This document shows, piece by piece, positions 44,510 through 53,537 of a stretch of DNA of 58,324 nucleotides (position 1 is its first letter; each line of letters starts with the position of its first letter). Source of the stretch: Bdellovibrionales bacterium (lineage in GTDB: Bacteria; Bdellovibrionota; Bdellovibrionia; Bdellovibrionales; JAGQZY01); contig JANPLN010000068.1 of NCBI GenBank assembly GCA_031426555.1, forward strand, positions 1 to 58,324. Direction: 5' to 3'. Below the pieces are notes generated by a model. The model was not told the origin of the DNA, ran no database searches, and worked only from the letters and a program-made list of their open reading frames with translations. The position numbers were made by a program, and so were the translations under genes.

Positions 44510-45358
44510 ATGTCACAGCGTTCCGAAATTCTAGTCAAATGCCCCTCTGACAGCGAACCCATTTATCTTCAACGCTGGAAACCAACCAGTCCTCCAAAAG
44601 CCATTGTCCTAGTGACTCACGGCGTGGCCGAGCATTCGGAATGCTATCATCACGCTGCCGAAACTTTGGCGCAAAATCATCTCGATGTGTGGGCCTGGGA
44701 TTTACCCGGCCATGGAAAGTCCTATGGACAGCGCGGTTACGTGACGTCATTTTCCGAATACACGGATCGTTTAAAAGAAGTTCTTGCGGAAGTTCAACGT
44801 CACACCGATGGCAAAATTCCCATATTTTTGCTGGGACACTCCATGGGCGGAATGATTGTATTTCAGTTTGCCCTGGCGAACCCCACAGCCCCCGTGAAAG
44901 CTTACATCCTTAGCTCGCCCGCCTTTGGCGTAAAGGTGCAGGTGCCATTTATTAAAGATCAGGCCGCGCGGGTCTTAGTGCATGTGGCTCCTAAATTGAC
45001 CATCCCCCACCAAATTAACTATGCAGAACTCACTCGCGATGCGGAGCTGGTTAGAGCCTATTCCAAAGATCCTTTGCGCCACACCAAATTTTCGGCGCCG
45101 CTTTATCTTGGGATTTTGGACGCCATGGAGAGTGCGAAAATGCGCGCCCACGAATTCACCGCACCGCTTTTGATTCAAGCGGCTGGGCACGATAAAATTG
45201 TGGATGTTTTGGCAACGCAGGAGATTTTTGCAAAAATCGGCTCTCCGCAAAAAACACTTAAAATTTACCCAGAAAGCTTCCACGAAATCTTTAACGACAC
45301 TAATAAGCAAGAAGTCATTGACGACTTCCTCGCTTTTTTAAGAGGATTCAATATATGA
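44510..45358 (+). CDS. Alpha/beta hydrolase, lysophospholipase/monoglyceride lipase family
   Basis: HGVAEH, DLPGHGKS.G.RG, GHSMGG nucleophile, D and HE catalytic residues. Confidence 0.92.
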   Translation: MSQRSEILVKCPSDSEPIYLQRWKPTSPPKAIVLVTHGVAEHSECYHHAAETLAQNHLDVWAWDLPGHGKSYGQRGYVTSFSEYTDRLKEVLAEVQRHTDGKIPIFLLGHSMGGMIVFQFALANPTAPVKAYILSSPAFGVKVQVPFIKDQAARVLVHVAPKLTIPHQINYAELTRDAELVRAYSKDPLRHTKFSAPLYLGILDAMESAKMRAHEFTAPLLIQAAGHDKIVDVLATQEIFAKIGSPQKTLKIYPESFHEIFNDTNKQEVIDDFLAFLRGFNI

Positions 45359-45936
45359 AAAATATCTTTTTTGCTTTCTTGAGTTTGTTCGTAAGCCTCA
45401 TCGCAGTCTCCTGCGCCACCGAAACTCCGGCCACACCCGACGATTACATTAAAGTCATCGAGTCCCATAGCGCCGGAGACGTGGAGTATGTCGGCGCCTA
45501 CAACCATTTTAACTTTCGATCCACACTGATGAATACCATTATTCAAAATGCCGTTATCGATCGCAAAGCCGCCTTATACCTTTGGGATGACATCAAAAAA
45601 CAACAAGAGCTCGGAAGCATGCAAGCCGACAATGCTTCGATGACCAAAGTGTTTATGAGTTTTTACACTCCCGATCGTCGCAACGATAATCTTTCTACGC
45701 CGAAAACTATTTGGGCACTCTACCTTGAAACACCAAACGGACGTTACACGGGAACCGCTAAACGCGTTCGCACCAATCCCACTGAGCTTATGACTCTTTA
45801 CCCAAATCACAATCGGTTCACCACGGCTTACAGCGTGGAATTCCCGGTGGCCCTGGCCTCTGTGGAAGGCCAAAAACTAAAACTCACCATTACGGGCCCC
45901 CTCGGTACGCGCTCTGTTGAGTTTGTTCCGAAGTAA
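45355..45936 (+). CDS. Hypothetical lipoprotein
   Basis: Lipobox AVSC; start overlaps the hydrolase stop. Confidence 0.8.
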   Translation: MKNIFFAFLSLFVSLIAVSCATETPATPDDYIKVIESHSAGDVEYVGAYNHFNFRSTLMNTIIQNAVIDRKAALYLWDDIKKQQELGSMQADNASMTKVFMSFYTPDRRNDNLSTPKTIWALYLETPNGRYTGTAKRVRTNPTELMTLYPNHNRFTTAYSVEFPVALASVEGQKLKLTITGPLGTRSVEFVPK

Positions 45937-45953
45937 TTTAAAAATAAGAGAAC

Positions 45954-46397
45954 TTACTTTTTTCGGCGCTCAGAAAGCCGCGCTAGAATTCTTACGGCTT
46001 GCGTTTTTACTTTCGACGAAGCCGTAACTCCATTGTAACAGTCGCCCACTTTGACATGGGTTTCACTGTCGTTGGGCAAAAAGGCTTCGGTCTCGATCAC
46101 CATGCCTTTACAATCGACGGTCTGAGTTGCCGGAGCTAAAAAAATATTTCCCAGATCAGAAAAATCTCTTTTTGGAGAGCGCGTTGTTTGCGTTTTGCCA
46201 AATTGGGAATGAAAAATAATAAGGGTGTTGTTTGCTTCGGATTTAATTTCAAACAGACTCTGTGTTTCACGAACTCGCACGCGCACTTTGATTGTTTGAA
46301 TGTTGTCCAACGTATTGGGCTTTCGGGCGGGAGTTTTTGCAAAGGACGAAGGCATTGCGAAAAGACTGATCATCCATAAAAAAATAAGCATCTTCAT
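45954..46397 (-). CDS. Hypothetical secreted protein
   Basis: Signal peptide MKMLIFLW..SFA; ATGA overlap with the upstream protease gene. Confidence 0.65.
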   Translation of the reverse strand: MKMLIFLWMISLFAMPSSFAKTPARKPNTLDNIQTIKVRVRVRETQSLFEIKSEANNTLIIFHSQFGKTQTTRSPKRDFSDLGNIFLAPATQTVDCKGMVIETEAFLPNDSETHVKVGDCYNGVTASSKVKTQAVRILARLSERRKK

Positions 46398-47611
46398 TGC
46401 GCAACTCCATTGGGGCCAAGTGGTGGTGGGTTTTCTGAATTCGGTGGCAAGCCATTGAGCGGACAATATGTTTGCTGCGAGTGGTTAGTACATCCTATGC
46501 GCTGCCTGATCATAGGTTGGCTGGCTCCAAATTCAATTCGATCTCTGATCCGAGGGTGAGCAGCACCCTCCTGACGTGGCTCATAAAGGGGTGAAAATTC
46601 ACAAACTGGAAATCGGTTAGCAATCCCTAAAGCAACCTCAGAATTGTTTCTATTCAGAGCATGGCCAGGGGTCTGTATAAGTTCCGCCGTAACTTCAGCG
46701 GCCATCCAGTCACAAACGGCCTCGCACATCGGAGTGCCACCCGGGGCGCTGGACGCTCTGTTCCGCACCCCCAGGCTCCGATGTCGACTCAGGCATTGGG
46801 TCACACCAGAAAAAGCTTCCGATGGATTATTGCATGGGTCAATACTGTGGGCCAGTTCGTGTGACAAAAGAAAAACAGCCGAAAAAAGACTATCCGTGCG
46901 GTAAAGCATACTTAAACACATCATCACTTCTCCATCTGTACCCCGCGACGGATCGTAATAAGCGTTTGGATCTAACAATGCCAATTCACAATCTTCTGTA
47001 ACGATTGTCACCCGTTGAAGTCGCTCGCGAATCTTTTGTTTTTGTGGCCCATCGGGTAAACCTTGCAGGACTTTATCCATGGCAGCACGCACTTGCGGAA
47101 ATAGTGTGTCTCTTACATAATTTCGTCGTTCGATGGGCACCAATCGTTGATCCACTCGTGACTGGGCCGTATTCATCATATTTATGATTTCTAGGTCGTT
47201 CCAAAAAAAACTATAGGTTGAAAATGGGAGAGCTTGCTTAAAAAAATTCTCTAACCCATTAGTTGAAGAAAACTGTCCCGCGAAATGCCCTCGGATTTCA
47301 GCAACCCCCGCATTGTAACTTTCGCATTTTGTTGTTCGATTGAACCAGCAGCCAGCATCATCGGAGATCTTCTGTTGTAAATCGGGTCGACGAGCGAGCA
47401 ACTCGTCAAAAGCTCGCTCAACTTGGGGTACTTCCGTTTGCATGGCCGTTAGCAACTGTCTTTCCAGCTGGTCAGTTTCTCGCACCGAACCTGTGCCGTC
47501 ATTTTTACCTTGATTCTTTTCGGTGCATGCAAACTTATAAAAATCTCCGCAGGGATCATTTTCTGCAGACACCAACCAAATATGAATCAAAAGAAAAAAC
47601 TCGAAGCCCAT
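46394..47611 (-). CDS. Secreted Cys-rich zinc metalloprotease (HExxH)
   Basis: Signal peptide, DPCGDFYKFAC, NAYY, HELAH, EAVCD, HP...RI. Confidence 0.8.
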   Translation of the reverse strand: MGFEFFLLIHIWLVSAENDPCGDFYKFACTEKNQGKNDGTGSVRETDQLERQLLTAMQTEVPQVERAFDELLARRPDLQQKISDDAGCWFNRTTKCESYNAGVAEIRGHFAGQFSSTNGLENFFKQALPFSTYSFFWNDLEIINMMNTAQSRVDQRLVPIERRNYVRDTLFPQVRAAMDKVLQGLPDGPQKQKIRERLQRVTIVTEDCELALLDPNAYYDPSRGTDGEVMMCLSMLYRTDSLFSAVFLLSHELAHSIDPCNNPSEAFSGVTQCLSRHRSLGVRNRASSAPGGTPMCEAVCDWMAAEVTAELIQTPGHALNRNNSEVALGIANRFPVCEFSPLYEPRQEGAAHPRIRDRIEFGASQPMIRQRIGCTNHSQQTYCPLNGLPPNSENPPPLGPNGVAQ

Positions 47612-47672
47612 AGATTAAGTGTAATTGAATTTACTTTTTAATTCGACTGGACCTTCGCCACGTTTGAACGAC

Positions 47673-47747
47673 TCAATGACTACGATCCGATGTGGCCATT
47701 TTCTTCAAAACTAAGACCAGTGTACCTTCGAAATCACTTTCATCCAT
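47673..47747 (-). pseudogene. Possible internally deleted small conserved gene
   Basis: 24-aa ORF MDESDFEGTLVL-VLKKMATSDRSH with a G-rich RBS. Its two halves resemble, from memory, the N- and C-termini of a roughly 65-aa hypothetical family. Confidence 0.35.
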
Positions 47748-47823
47748 GGCCACCCCCAACTCATGATTACGAGCCATAGGGCTCCATAAGTAAATATTTC
47801 AGATCCGTGCTGACCCACTGCGT

Positions 47824-47856
47824 TTTATCAAATGCAACAATGTTGCATTTGATAAA
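47824..47856. promoter_or_regulatory. Perfect 16-1-16 palindrome, probable Fur/Zur-family operator
   Basis: TTTATCAAATGCAACA-A-TGTTGCATTTGATAAA, 38 bp upstream of the TonB receptor start. Confidence 0.7.
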
Positions 47857-47894
47857 GCTTTGATTCATATTCCGTTTTCGAAATAAGGAGTTTT

Positions 47895-49934
47895 ATGTTG
47901 CGCATATCCATTCCATTTTTGATCGCACTGAACGTTTCCTTTTCTTTTGCCGACGATGACCCCACTCATCACCATAAACTGGGACGTATTATTGTTTTGG
48001 ATGAGGAAGACCAGAGTACGCTTTTTGAAAGTGTACAAAATGTGACGACTTTGTCGGGCGACGATTTGCTACGTGTAAGGGCCACTTCTCTTGGGGAAAC
48101 TTTAAAAAACGAAGTGGGAGTTTCGAGCACCAGTTATGGCCCTAACGCCAGTCGACCGGTAATTCGCGGACTGGATGGCGATCGCGTGCGAATTTTACAA
48201 AACGGCTTGGGAATTTTAGATGCCTCCGGAGCCAGTCAAGATCACGCGGTTTCCATCGACCCCCTCTTGATGGATGGAGTGGAAATTGTTCGCGGCCCTT
48301 TAAGTTTACTCTATGGCTCCTCGGCCATCGGGGGAGTGGTCAATATTCTTACCAATCGCACTCACAGTCAGTTTGAGGAAGGGTTCCATGGCGCCGCCGA
48401 CACTCAGCTGAGCTCTGTAGACAACGGCAAAACCGTGGGTTTTAAAGCCGACTATGGAGTTGCAAGGTGGATGCATCATTTGGATGGAAATTTTCGCGAT
48501 AATCAGGACGTAAAAATCAATGGGTTTGCGCGCTCGGATCGCCTGCGGGCGCTGGATCCACTGCCCGCCAATCAAGAGGTGCGCGACAAACAATTAAACA
48601 GCGGCAATCAGTCCCGTTCGGGAGCTGTGGGTACAACTTATGTTGGCGAAAATAAAATCATTGGCGTATCCCTTTCTACTTACTCCAGCGATTACGGCGT
48701 TGTGGCCGAACCCGAAGTGCAAATCGTCATGGAGCAATCGCGGTTCGATCTGAGCAGCGAATTTAAAAATATCGGCTTTGCTAAAAAAATTCAGTTTAAA
48801 TCGGCGCAATCCATTTACAAACATCAAGAGGTGGAATCGGGAGCCGTAGGAACAACTTTTAAAAACAGCGGCAATGAGTCCCGCCTGGAGTTTGTACAGA
48901 ATAAATCAGGATCTTTGAATGGTCTCTACGGTTTGCAATCGAATATTTTTAACTTTAGCGCCCTAGGCGACGAGGCTTTTTTGCCAAAAACCGAAAACTC
49001 TGCCCAAGCCGCGTTTGTGTTTGAGCAGTGGGAGTTTGAAAAATCAAAATACAACATTGGTCTTCGCGCCGAATCGAACCGTATCAAATCCATCGCCGAC
49101 ACTCGGTTTCCGCAGTCGGATGAAAAGAATTACTTTCTCGGCAGCATTGCAACAGGCCACGTTTACCAACTGAGCTCAACGCTTTCGTTCGGCTCGCAAC
49201 TTTCCTACAACGAGCGCGCGCCTAATTACCAAGAGCTGTTTGCCAACGGCGCCCATGTGGCCACCTTCACTTACCAGGTCGGCGATTCCAATCTCGAAAA
49301 AGAAAAAGCCACCGCGGTGGAGCTTTCGCTGCGCTACAAAAAAGAATCCTTCGCAACGTCGCTCACTTTTTTTGGGCAAAAATTTAAAGACTTTATTGCG
49401 CTCTCTCCCACGGGAACCTTTGACGACACCGACGGCAGCGGAACCGCGGGAGATAGCCCCGACGACTTGCCCATCTTCAGCTATCGAGGTCAAAACGCGG
49501 AGATCCTAGGAGTCGAGTTGGACTCCCGCTTAGAATCAGTCGTGCAGATTTTTCCAGGGCGCACAGATTTTTTTATTAAAGCTGATTATCTCCGCGGTAA
49601 AAACACCGCAACCGGAGATTATCTTCCCAGGATGACGCCTCCGCGAGCCTCCCTGCTGGTTTCGCACACTTTGGGCAACACCACCGGTGACGTGGAAGTG
49701 CAACACGTGTTTGAACAAACGAAAACAGCGCCTAACGAATTGGCTACCGATGGTTACACTCAGCTCAACATGGGCGCGATGTACAAATATTCCATAGATT
49801 CCAAACAGTATTCTGTGTTTGCACGAGTGAACAATCTTTTCAATGCCGAGCGAAGAAATCATATCTCGGTTTTAAAAGATCTCTCACAACTCGGCGGCAC
49901 CAACTACTCCATCGGCCTCCGCGCTTATTTTTAG
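47895..49934 (+). CDS. TonB-dependent outer-membrane receptor, ZnuD-like (metal uptake)
   Basis: Plug motif SSTSYGPNASRPVIRGL.G.RV, DASGASQDHAV, EIVRGP.SLLYGS.AIGGVVN, N-terminal HHH, NNLFN, terminal aromatic F. Confidence 0.9.
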   Translation: MLRISIPFLIALNVSFSFADDDPTHHHKLGRIIVLDEEDQSTLFESVQNVTTLSGDDLLRVRATSLGETLKNEVGVSSTSYGPNASRPVIRGLDGDRVRILQNGLGILDASGASQDHAVSIDPLLMDGVEIVRGPLSLLYGSSAIGGVVNILTNRTHSQFEEGFHGAADTQLSSVDNGKTVGFKADYGVARWMHHLDGNFRDNQDVKINGFARSDRLRALDPLPANQEVRDKQLNSGNQSRSGAVGTTYVGENKIIGVSLSTYSSDYGVVAEPEVQIVMEQSRFDLSSEFKNIGFAKKIQFKSAQSIYKHQEVESGAVGTTFKNSGNESRLEFVQNKSGSLNGLYGLQSNIFNFSALGDEAFLPKTENSAQAAFVFEQWEFEKSKYNIGLRAESNRIKSIADTRFPQSDEKNYFLGSIATGHVYQLSSTLSFGSQLSYNERAPNYQELFANGAHVATFTYQVGDSNLEKEKATAVELSLRYKKESFATSLTFFGQKFKDFIALSPTGTFDDTDGSGTAGDSPDDLPIFSYRGQNAEILGVELDSRLESVVQIFPGRTDFFIKADYLRGKNTATGDYLPRMTPPRASLLVSHTLGNTTGDVEVQHVFEQTKTAPNELATDGYTQLNMGAMYKYSIDSKQYSVFARVNNLFNAERRNHISVLKDLSQLGGTNYSIGLRAYF

Positions 49935-50049
49935 GGGTTTCCTTAAGAAACCCCTTTTTTAAAGATGAGTTTTGCAAAGAAACCTCTTATTACGGAGGGG
50001 TTCCCTAAGGGAACCCCTATTCTACTGAGGGTTTCCCTAAGGAACCCCT
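49933..50049. repeat. Tandem array of four ~22-bp palindromic repeats (period ~31-32 bp); first copy is a likely terminator
   Basis: AGGGGTTTCCTTAAGAAACCCCT followed by a T-run, degenerate TGAGTTTTGCAAAGAAACCTC, AGGGGTTCCCTAAGGGAACCCCT, AGGGTTTCCCTAAGGAACCCCT. Confidence 0.8.
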
Positions 50050-50051
50050 AT

Positions 50052-50465
50052 CTACTGACATTTAAATTTCATATCCACCGTGTAACCATTGCCCAGCGCT
50101 TGATCGGCGATGCCCCCACCCATACCGACAACCGCTCCTGTGTCTTTGACTCCGCGCTTTCGACCAAAAACCCACGCCGCCCCACCAGCAGCACCTGCCA
50201 CCTTGCTCACGGTTTTAGCTGTTTTGTAGGTGCTTTCGTCCATGCTTCCCGTATATTTTTGGTTTTCATTAATAAACACCGCCATCTTACCCCGCTCTTT
50301 ACAAAAATGATTGGCTTGTGCGATGGCGTCTCGTGATCCCTCGTGCGTGTCTTCCGACTGTACAACGACTTTGTGCTCGCCATCCGAAGAAGGACGAACA
50401 TCGCGATGATGCGCGCAGCTTACTAAAAGAGTGGCTGCACTTAATAATAAAAAAAATTTACTCAT
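50052..50465 (-). CDS. Small lipoprotein with glycine-zipper-like segment
   Basis: AGGAG RBS, lipobox LVSC, VAGAAGGAA...GAVVGMGGG. Confidence 0.8.
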   Translation of the reverse strand: MSKFFLLLSAATLLVSCAHHRDVRPSSDGEHKVVVQSEDTHEGSRDAIAQANHFCKERGKMAVFINENQKYTGSMDESTYKTAKTVSKVAGAAGGAAWVFGRKRGVKDTGAVVGMGGGIADQALGNGYTVDMKFKCQ

Positions 50466-50525
50466 TGGGTCTCCTGTTTAATATTAAGGAGAGTGTATAC
50501 CGTCTTTTGAAAGAACAAAAGGTGT

Positions 50526-53500
50526 CTACAAAGACTGACTGGTCTCAAGGACAGACTGAGCTGCTAGATTGCGAACAAAACTGGTTTTTAAAAACGGATA
50601 GACTACGGCCGCTCGAACTGGGCCCTTCCAATCGAGGTAAGAAACAATGGCTTCGGCGTAGACTTGCAACTGCGCAAAGGCTTTGTCGAGCAAGATCCGC
50701 TCGCCCGACTTATAATCGATGATCCACAGTGTGCCGTCGTAAACAGCCCACAAATCCACCTGACCGTCAAAGGTCTGTCCTGCGTTTTTAAAGCGAAAGG
50801 CCCACTCCACTTTTCCGGCTTTCATCAGCTGAACGAGCGGTGGCTCTTGCAGAGCTAAAATATAATTGAGAGCCTCAAGAGCGTCTTCTTGCTGCGAACC
50901 AAACCAGGTCTCAAGAAGTTGCGGAATGTTCTTTGGCACTGGGTATTTAATAATTTCTACGAGCTTGTGGAATAATATGCCCTGCTGCTTTTTAATATAA
51001 GCCGCTTTGTAACTTTTCTGCTGCTGCGAAACCATTTTGGTCACCGCTTGCGATTGAATTTTGAGCTCATCCCATTTGATCTCTCGATAGGGCGTGCGAA
51101 CGTCCGTCATTTCTGCTTTGGAAGAAAACTCCGACTGAGCGCCGTCTTTATTGAGGTTGGAAAACTCGACTTTGTAAGACGTGTCTTTTTCCGAATCCAC
51201 TAAAAATTGAAAACTTTGTGCCCAAGAATTTTTTGCCATGGGCGTGGACCATGAAAGGTACAGTCGCTGTTTGGCCCGGGTGATGGCCACATAAAGCACT
51301 CGCAAGTCTTCCTGATCCTGACGGACATGGGTTTCTTTTAAGACCGCACGCTCAAAAATGGATGCCGACGATTTAGTTTCAGATTCATCTGCGGGTGCGC
51401 GAATGGACCAAATATTATGTTTCTCATCCACCGCAAAGCTCAGTTGATTTTCTCTATAGGGTTTGATGGATAAAAGTGGTAAAAAAACGTGGTCAAACTG
51501 TAAGCCTTTTGATGCGTGCACTGTCATGACGTTGATTTTGTTTTTTTCGATGGACCCCGGTGAGTCCACAGAAGATTCGTAAAGCACAGCCCTTTCACAA
51601 TCATTGATAAACTGTGTGAACGAGGCGCCACGCTCTCGTTCGTAATTTTTCAGCAAGTTCACCAATTTCCACAGATTGCCTTCGCTGCGTCCCGTGGGAT
51701 CTATCTCAAGATGATGATCAAAAAAACCAAGGCTTTTTAAAGTCACTTCAAACGCATGCACCAGGCCGTGGGTTTGTTCCATGGCCAGCGCTTGCTGGAG
51801 GGATTGTACAGCGCCAACGTCTCGGTGTATTTGCTTAAGCGCCTGCCAAAGACTTGTCTCCGTGGCGCCTTGCACACCGTCCACCAGTTCTTGATCGGTG
51901 ATCGGGATCACCGGGCAGCGCAAAAGAGTGATCAGGTTTTCATTATCATAGGGCCGCACCAAAAATTTAAAAAGGCTGAGCGCGGATAGTACCTCTCGTC
52001 GCTGCCAAAACAGTCCCGAAGAGTGCAAATGCACCGGAAGCGCGTTTTGTGATAAAAATTGTCCAACATCTTCAAGATCCCGATTTCTACGAACAAGGAT
52101 GGCTATTTTTTCGAGCGACGTTCCCAGTACTTGTAACGCCCGCACCGATTGAAGTAGAAACTGGAATTCGTCTTCGGAAGATTCGCTCACAAAACACGTC
52201 ACATCCGCTTGATTGTTGGCTACAGGTTCTAGCGCCGGCACCATGGGTGAAAAATCACCCTCTCGGTCGGACACCCAGCGATTGATAAAGGCAAGCAAGG
52301 ACGGCGTGGAGCGATAGTTTTGCTCCAACAAATGAATCTCTCCATTGTTCGCCTCCACTTTTTTAAACTGCTCTAAAAAAACTTCGGATCTTGCACCTCG
52401 AAATAAATAAATACTTTGCTGCGGATCTCCCACCAAATAATAGGAGCGATTGCCTATTAACTGACGAAGAATGCTCATTTGCAGCGGACTGGTGTCCTGG
52501 AATTCATCCACAAACCAGTAGTCTTTTTTCAGGGACCATTGTTTTACGTCTGGATTATTATTTTGGGCGATTTCAAAGGCAAAAAGTTCAAGGTCCCCCA
52601 TTTCAATGCGACTCATTTGTTTTTTTACCGCCTTGAAGCGCTCAAGATAACGTTTTTGTAAATTGGCGAAGAGAAAGTTGTATCGCGCCAAGTTTTCGAT
52701 GGTTTTAAGCTGATAGGCCGGATGATCAAGCTCTCGCAAGTCTTCCACAACTGGTTTTAAAAGATCATAGGCCATGGCACTGTCTGGATGACTTTTAAGC
52801 TTGAGACCTTTGCGGAGATCCAGCTGATCGATCAACGCAAGGGCCTCCTCGGATTTTTCCCATTCCTGCACTGTCAGATAGGTTTGGATGCGAGCAAGAA
52901 GGGCCGTCGTGGTTTTCCATTGCTCCGGCAATTCGTAGCGCGAAACCGCCGCCAATAGATCTCGCACCTGGCTTTGCACACTTGTCAGTAACGTCTGAAG
53001 CATTCCCTGGCTGGTTGCAAAATCCAAGGGTTGATAGCCTTCCAACTCACGTCGAGCGCTTTCGCGCAGCAATCCATGCAGCTGAAAAAATGAAAACGCA
53101 CCGAACAGCTCTTTTACTTCGGTGTGCTCCTCCTCCACAATTTCCTTGAGGACTTTTTTGGATAAAAACAGGGCTTCGCTTTCGGTGAGATAAGAAAAAT
53201 CACTTTTGAGTTCGATCAAGTGACCGAGGTCTTTTAAAAACTCATCTAAAACGCCGTGGATTGTACTGACTTTAAGAGCTCCACTGGAAGAAATAAAATC
53301 CATGGCCTGCGGATACTCTTGCAAGCATAGGATCATCAACCGCTCACTGAGTTCTTGGGTGGCTTTTTTGGTAAACGTTGTCACCACAAAGCGCGGCCAT
53401 CGCTGCTCCTTGGCAAAAAAGCTGAGAGCTTGGGTAATCACTTCACGAGTGAGATTGTAGGTCTTACCCGCTCCAGCGCCGGCGCGGATGGCTTTAGTTT

Positions 53501-53537
53501 TTAACGAAGATGGGGTGCTCTGCACGTCGAACTCCAA
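50526..53537 (-). CDS. addA: AddA-like UvrD helicase / PD-(D/E)XK nuclease
   Basis: AGAGAGKT, TFTKKA, VDEFQD, VGDPQQSIYLFRGA, NYRS, TVHASKGLQF, YVAITRAK, C-terminal GQVD...IIDYK. Confidence 0.9.
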   Translation of the reverse strand: MEFDVQSTPSSLKTKAIRAGAGAGKTYNLTREVITQALSFFAKEQRWPRFVVTTFTKKATQELSERLMILCLQEYPQAMDFISSSGALKVSTIHGVLDEFLKDLGHLIELKSDFSYLTESEALFLSKKVLKEIVEEEHTEVKELFGAFSFFQLHGLLRESARRELEGYQPLDFATSQGMLQTLLTSVQSQVRDLLAAVSRYELPEQWKTTTALLARIQTYLTVQEWEKSEEALALIDQLDLRKGLKLKSHPDSAMAYDLLKPVVEDLRELDHPAYQLKTIENLARYNFLFANLQKRYLERFKAVKKQMSRIEMGDLELFAFEIAQNNNPDVKQWSLKKDYWFVDEFQDTSPLQMSILRQLIGNRSYYLVGDPQQSIYLFRGARSEVFLEQFKKVEANNGEIHLLEQNYRSTPSLLAFINRWVSDREGDFSPMVPALEPVANNQADVTCFVSESSEDEFQFLLQSVRALQVLGTSLEKIAILVRRNRDLEDVGQFLSQNALPVHLHSSGLFWQRREVLSALSLFKFLVRPYDNENLITLLRCPVIPITDQELVDGVQGATETSLWQALKQIHRDVGAVQSLQQALAMEQTHGLVHAFEVTLKSLGFFDHHLEIDPTGRSEGNLWKLVNLLKNYERERGASFTQFINDCERAVLYESSVDSPGSIEKNKINVMTVHASKGLQFDHVFLPLLSIKPYRENQLSFAVDEKHNIWSIRAPADESETKSSASIFERAVLKETHVRQDQEDLRVLYVAITRAKQRLYLSWSTPMAKNSWAQSFQFLVDSEKDTSYKVEFSNLNKDGAQSEFSSKAEMTDVRTPYREIKWDELKIQSQAVTKMVSQQQKSYKAAYIKKQQGILFHKLVEIIKYPVPKNIPQLLETWFGSQQEDALEALNYILALQEPPLVQLMKAGKVEWAFRFKNAGQTFDGQVDLWAVYDGTLWIIDYKSGERILLDKAFAQLQVYAEAIVSYLDWKGPVRAAVVYPFLKTSFVRNLAAQSVLETSQSL

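Noticed and set aside
49933..50058. Possible mini-CRISPR array
   Set aside because: Spacers are only about 9-10 nt and partly identical, the repeats are degenerate, and there are no cas genes. The AddB nuclease is Cas4-like in fold but belongs to addAB.
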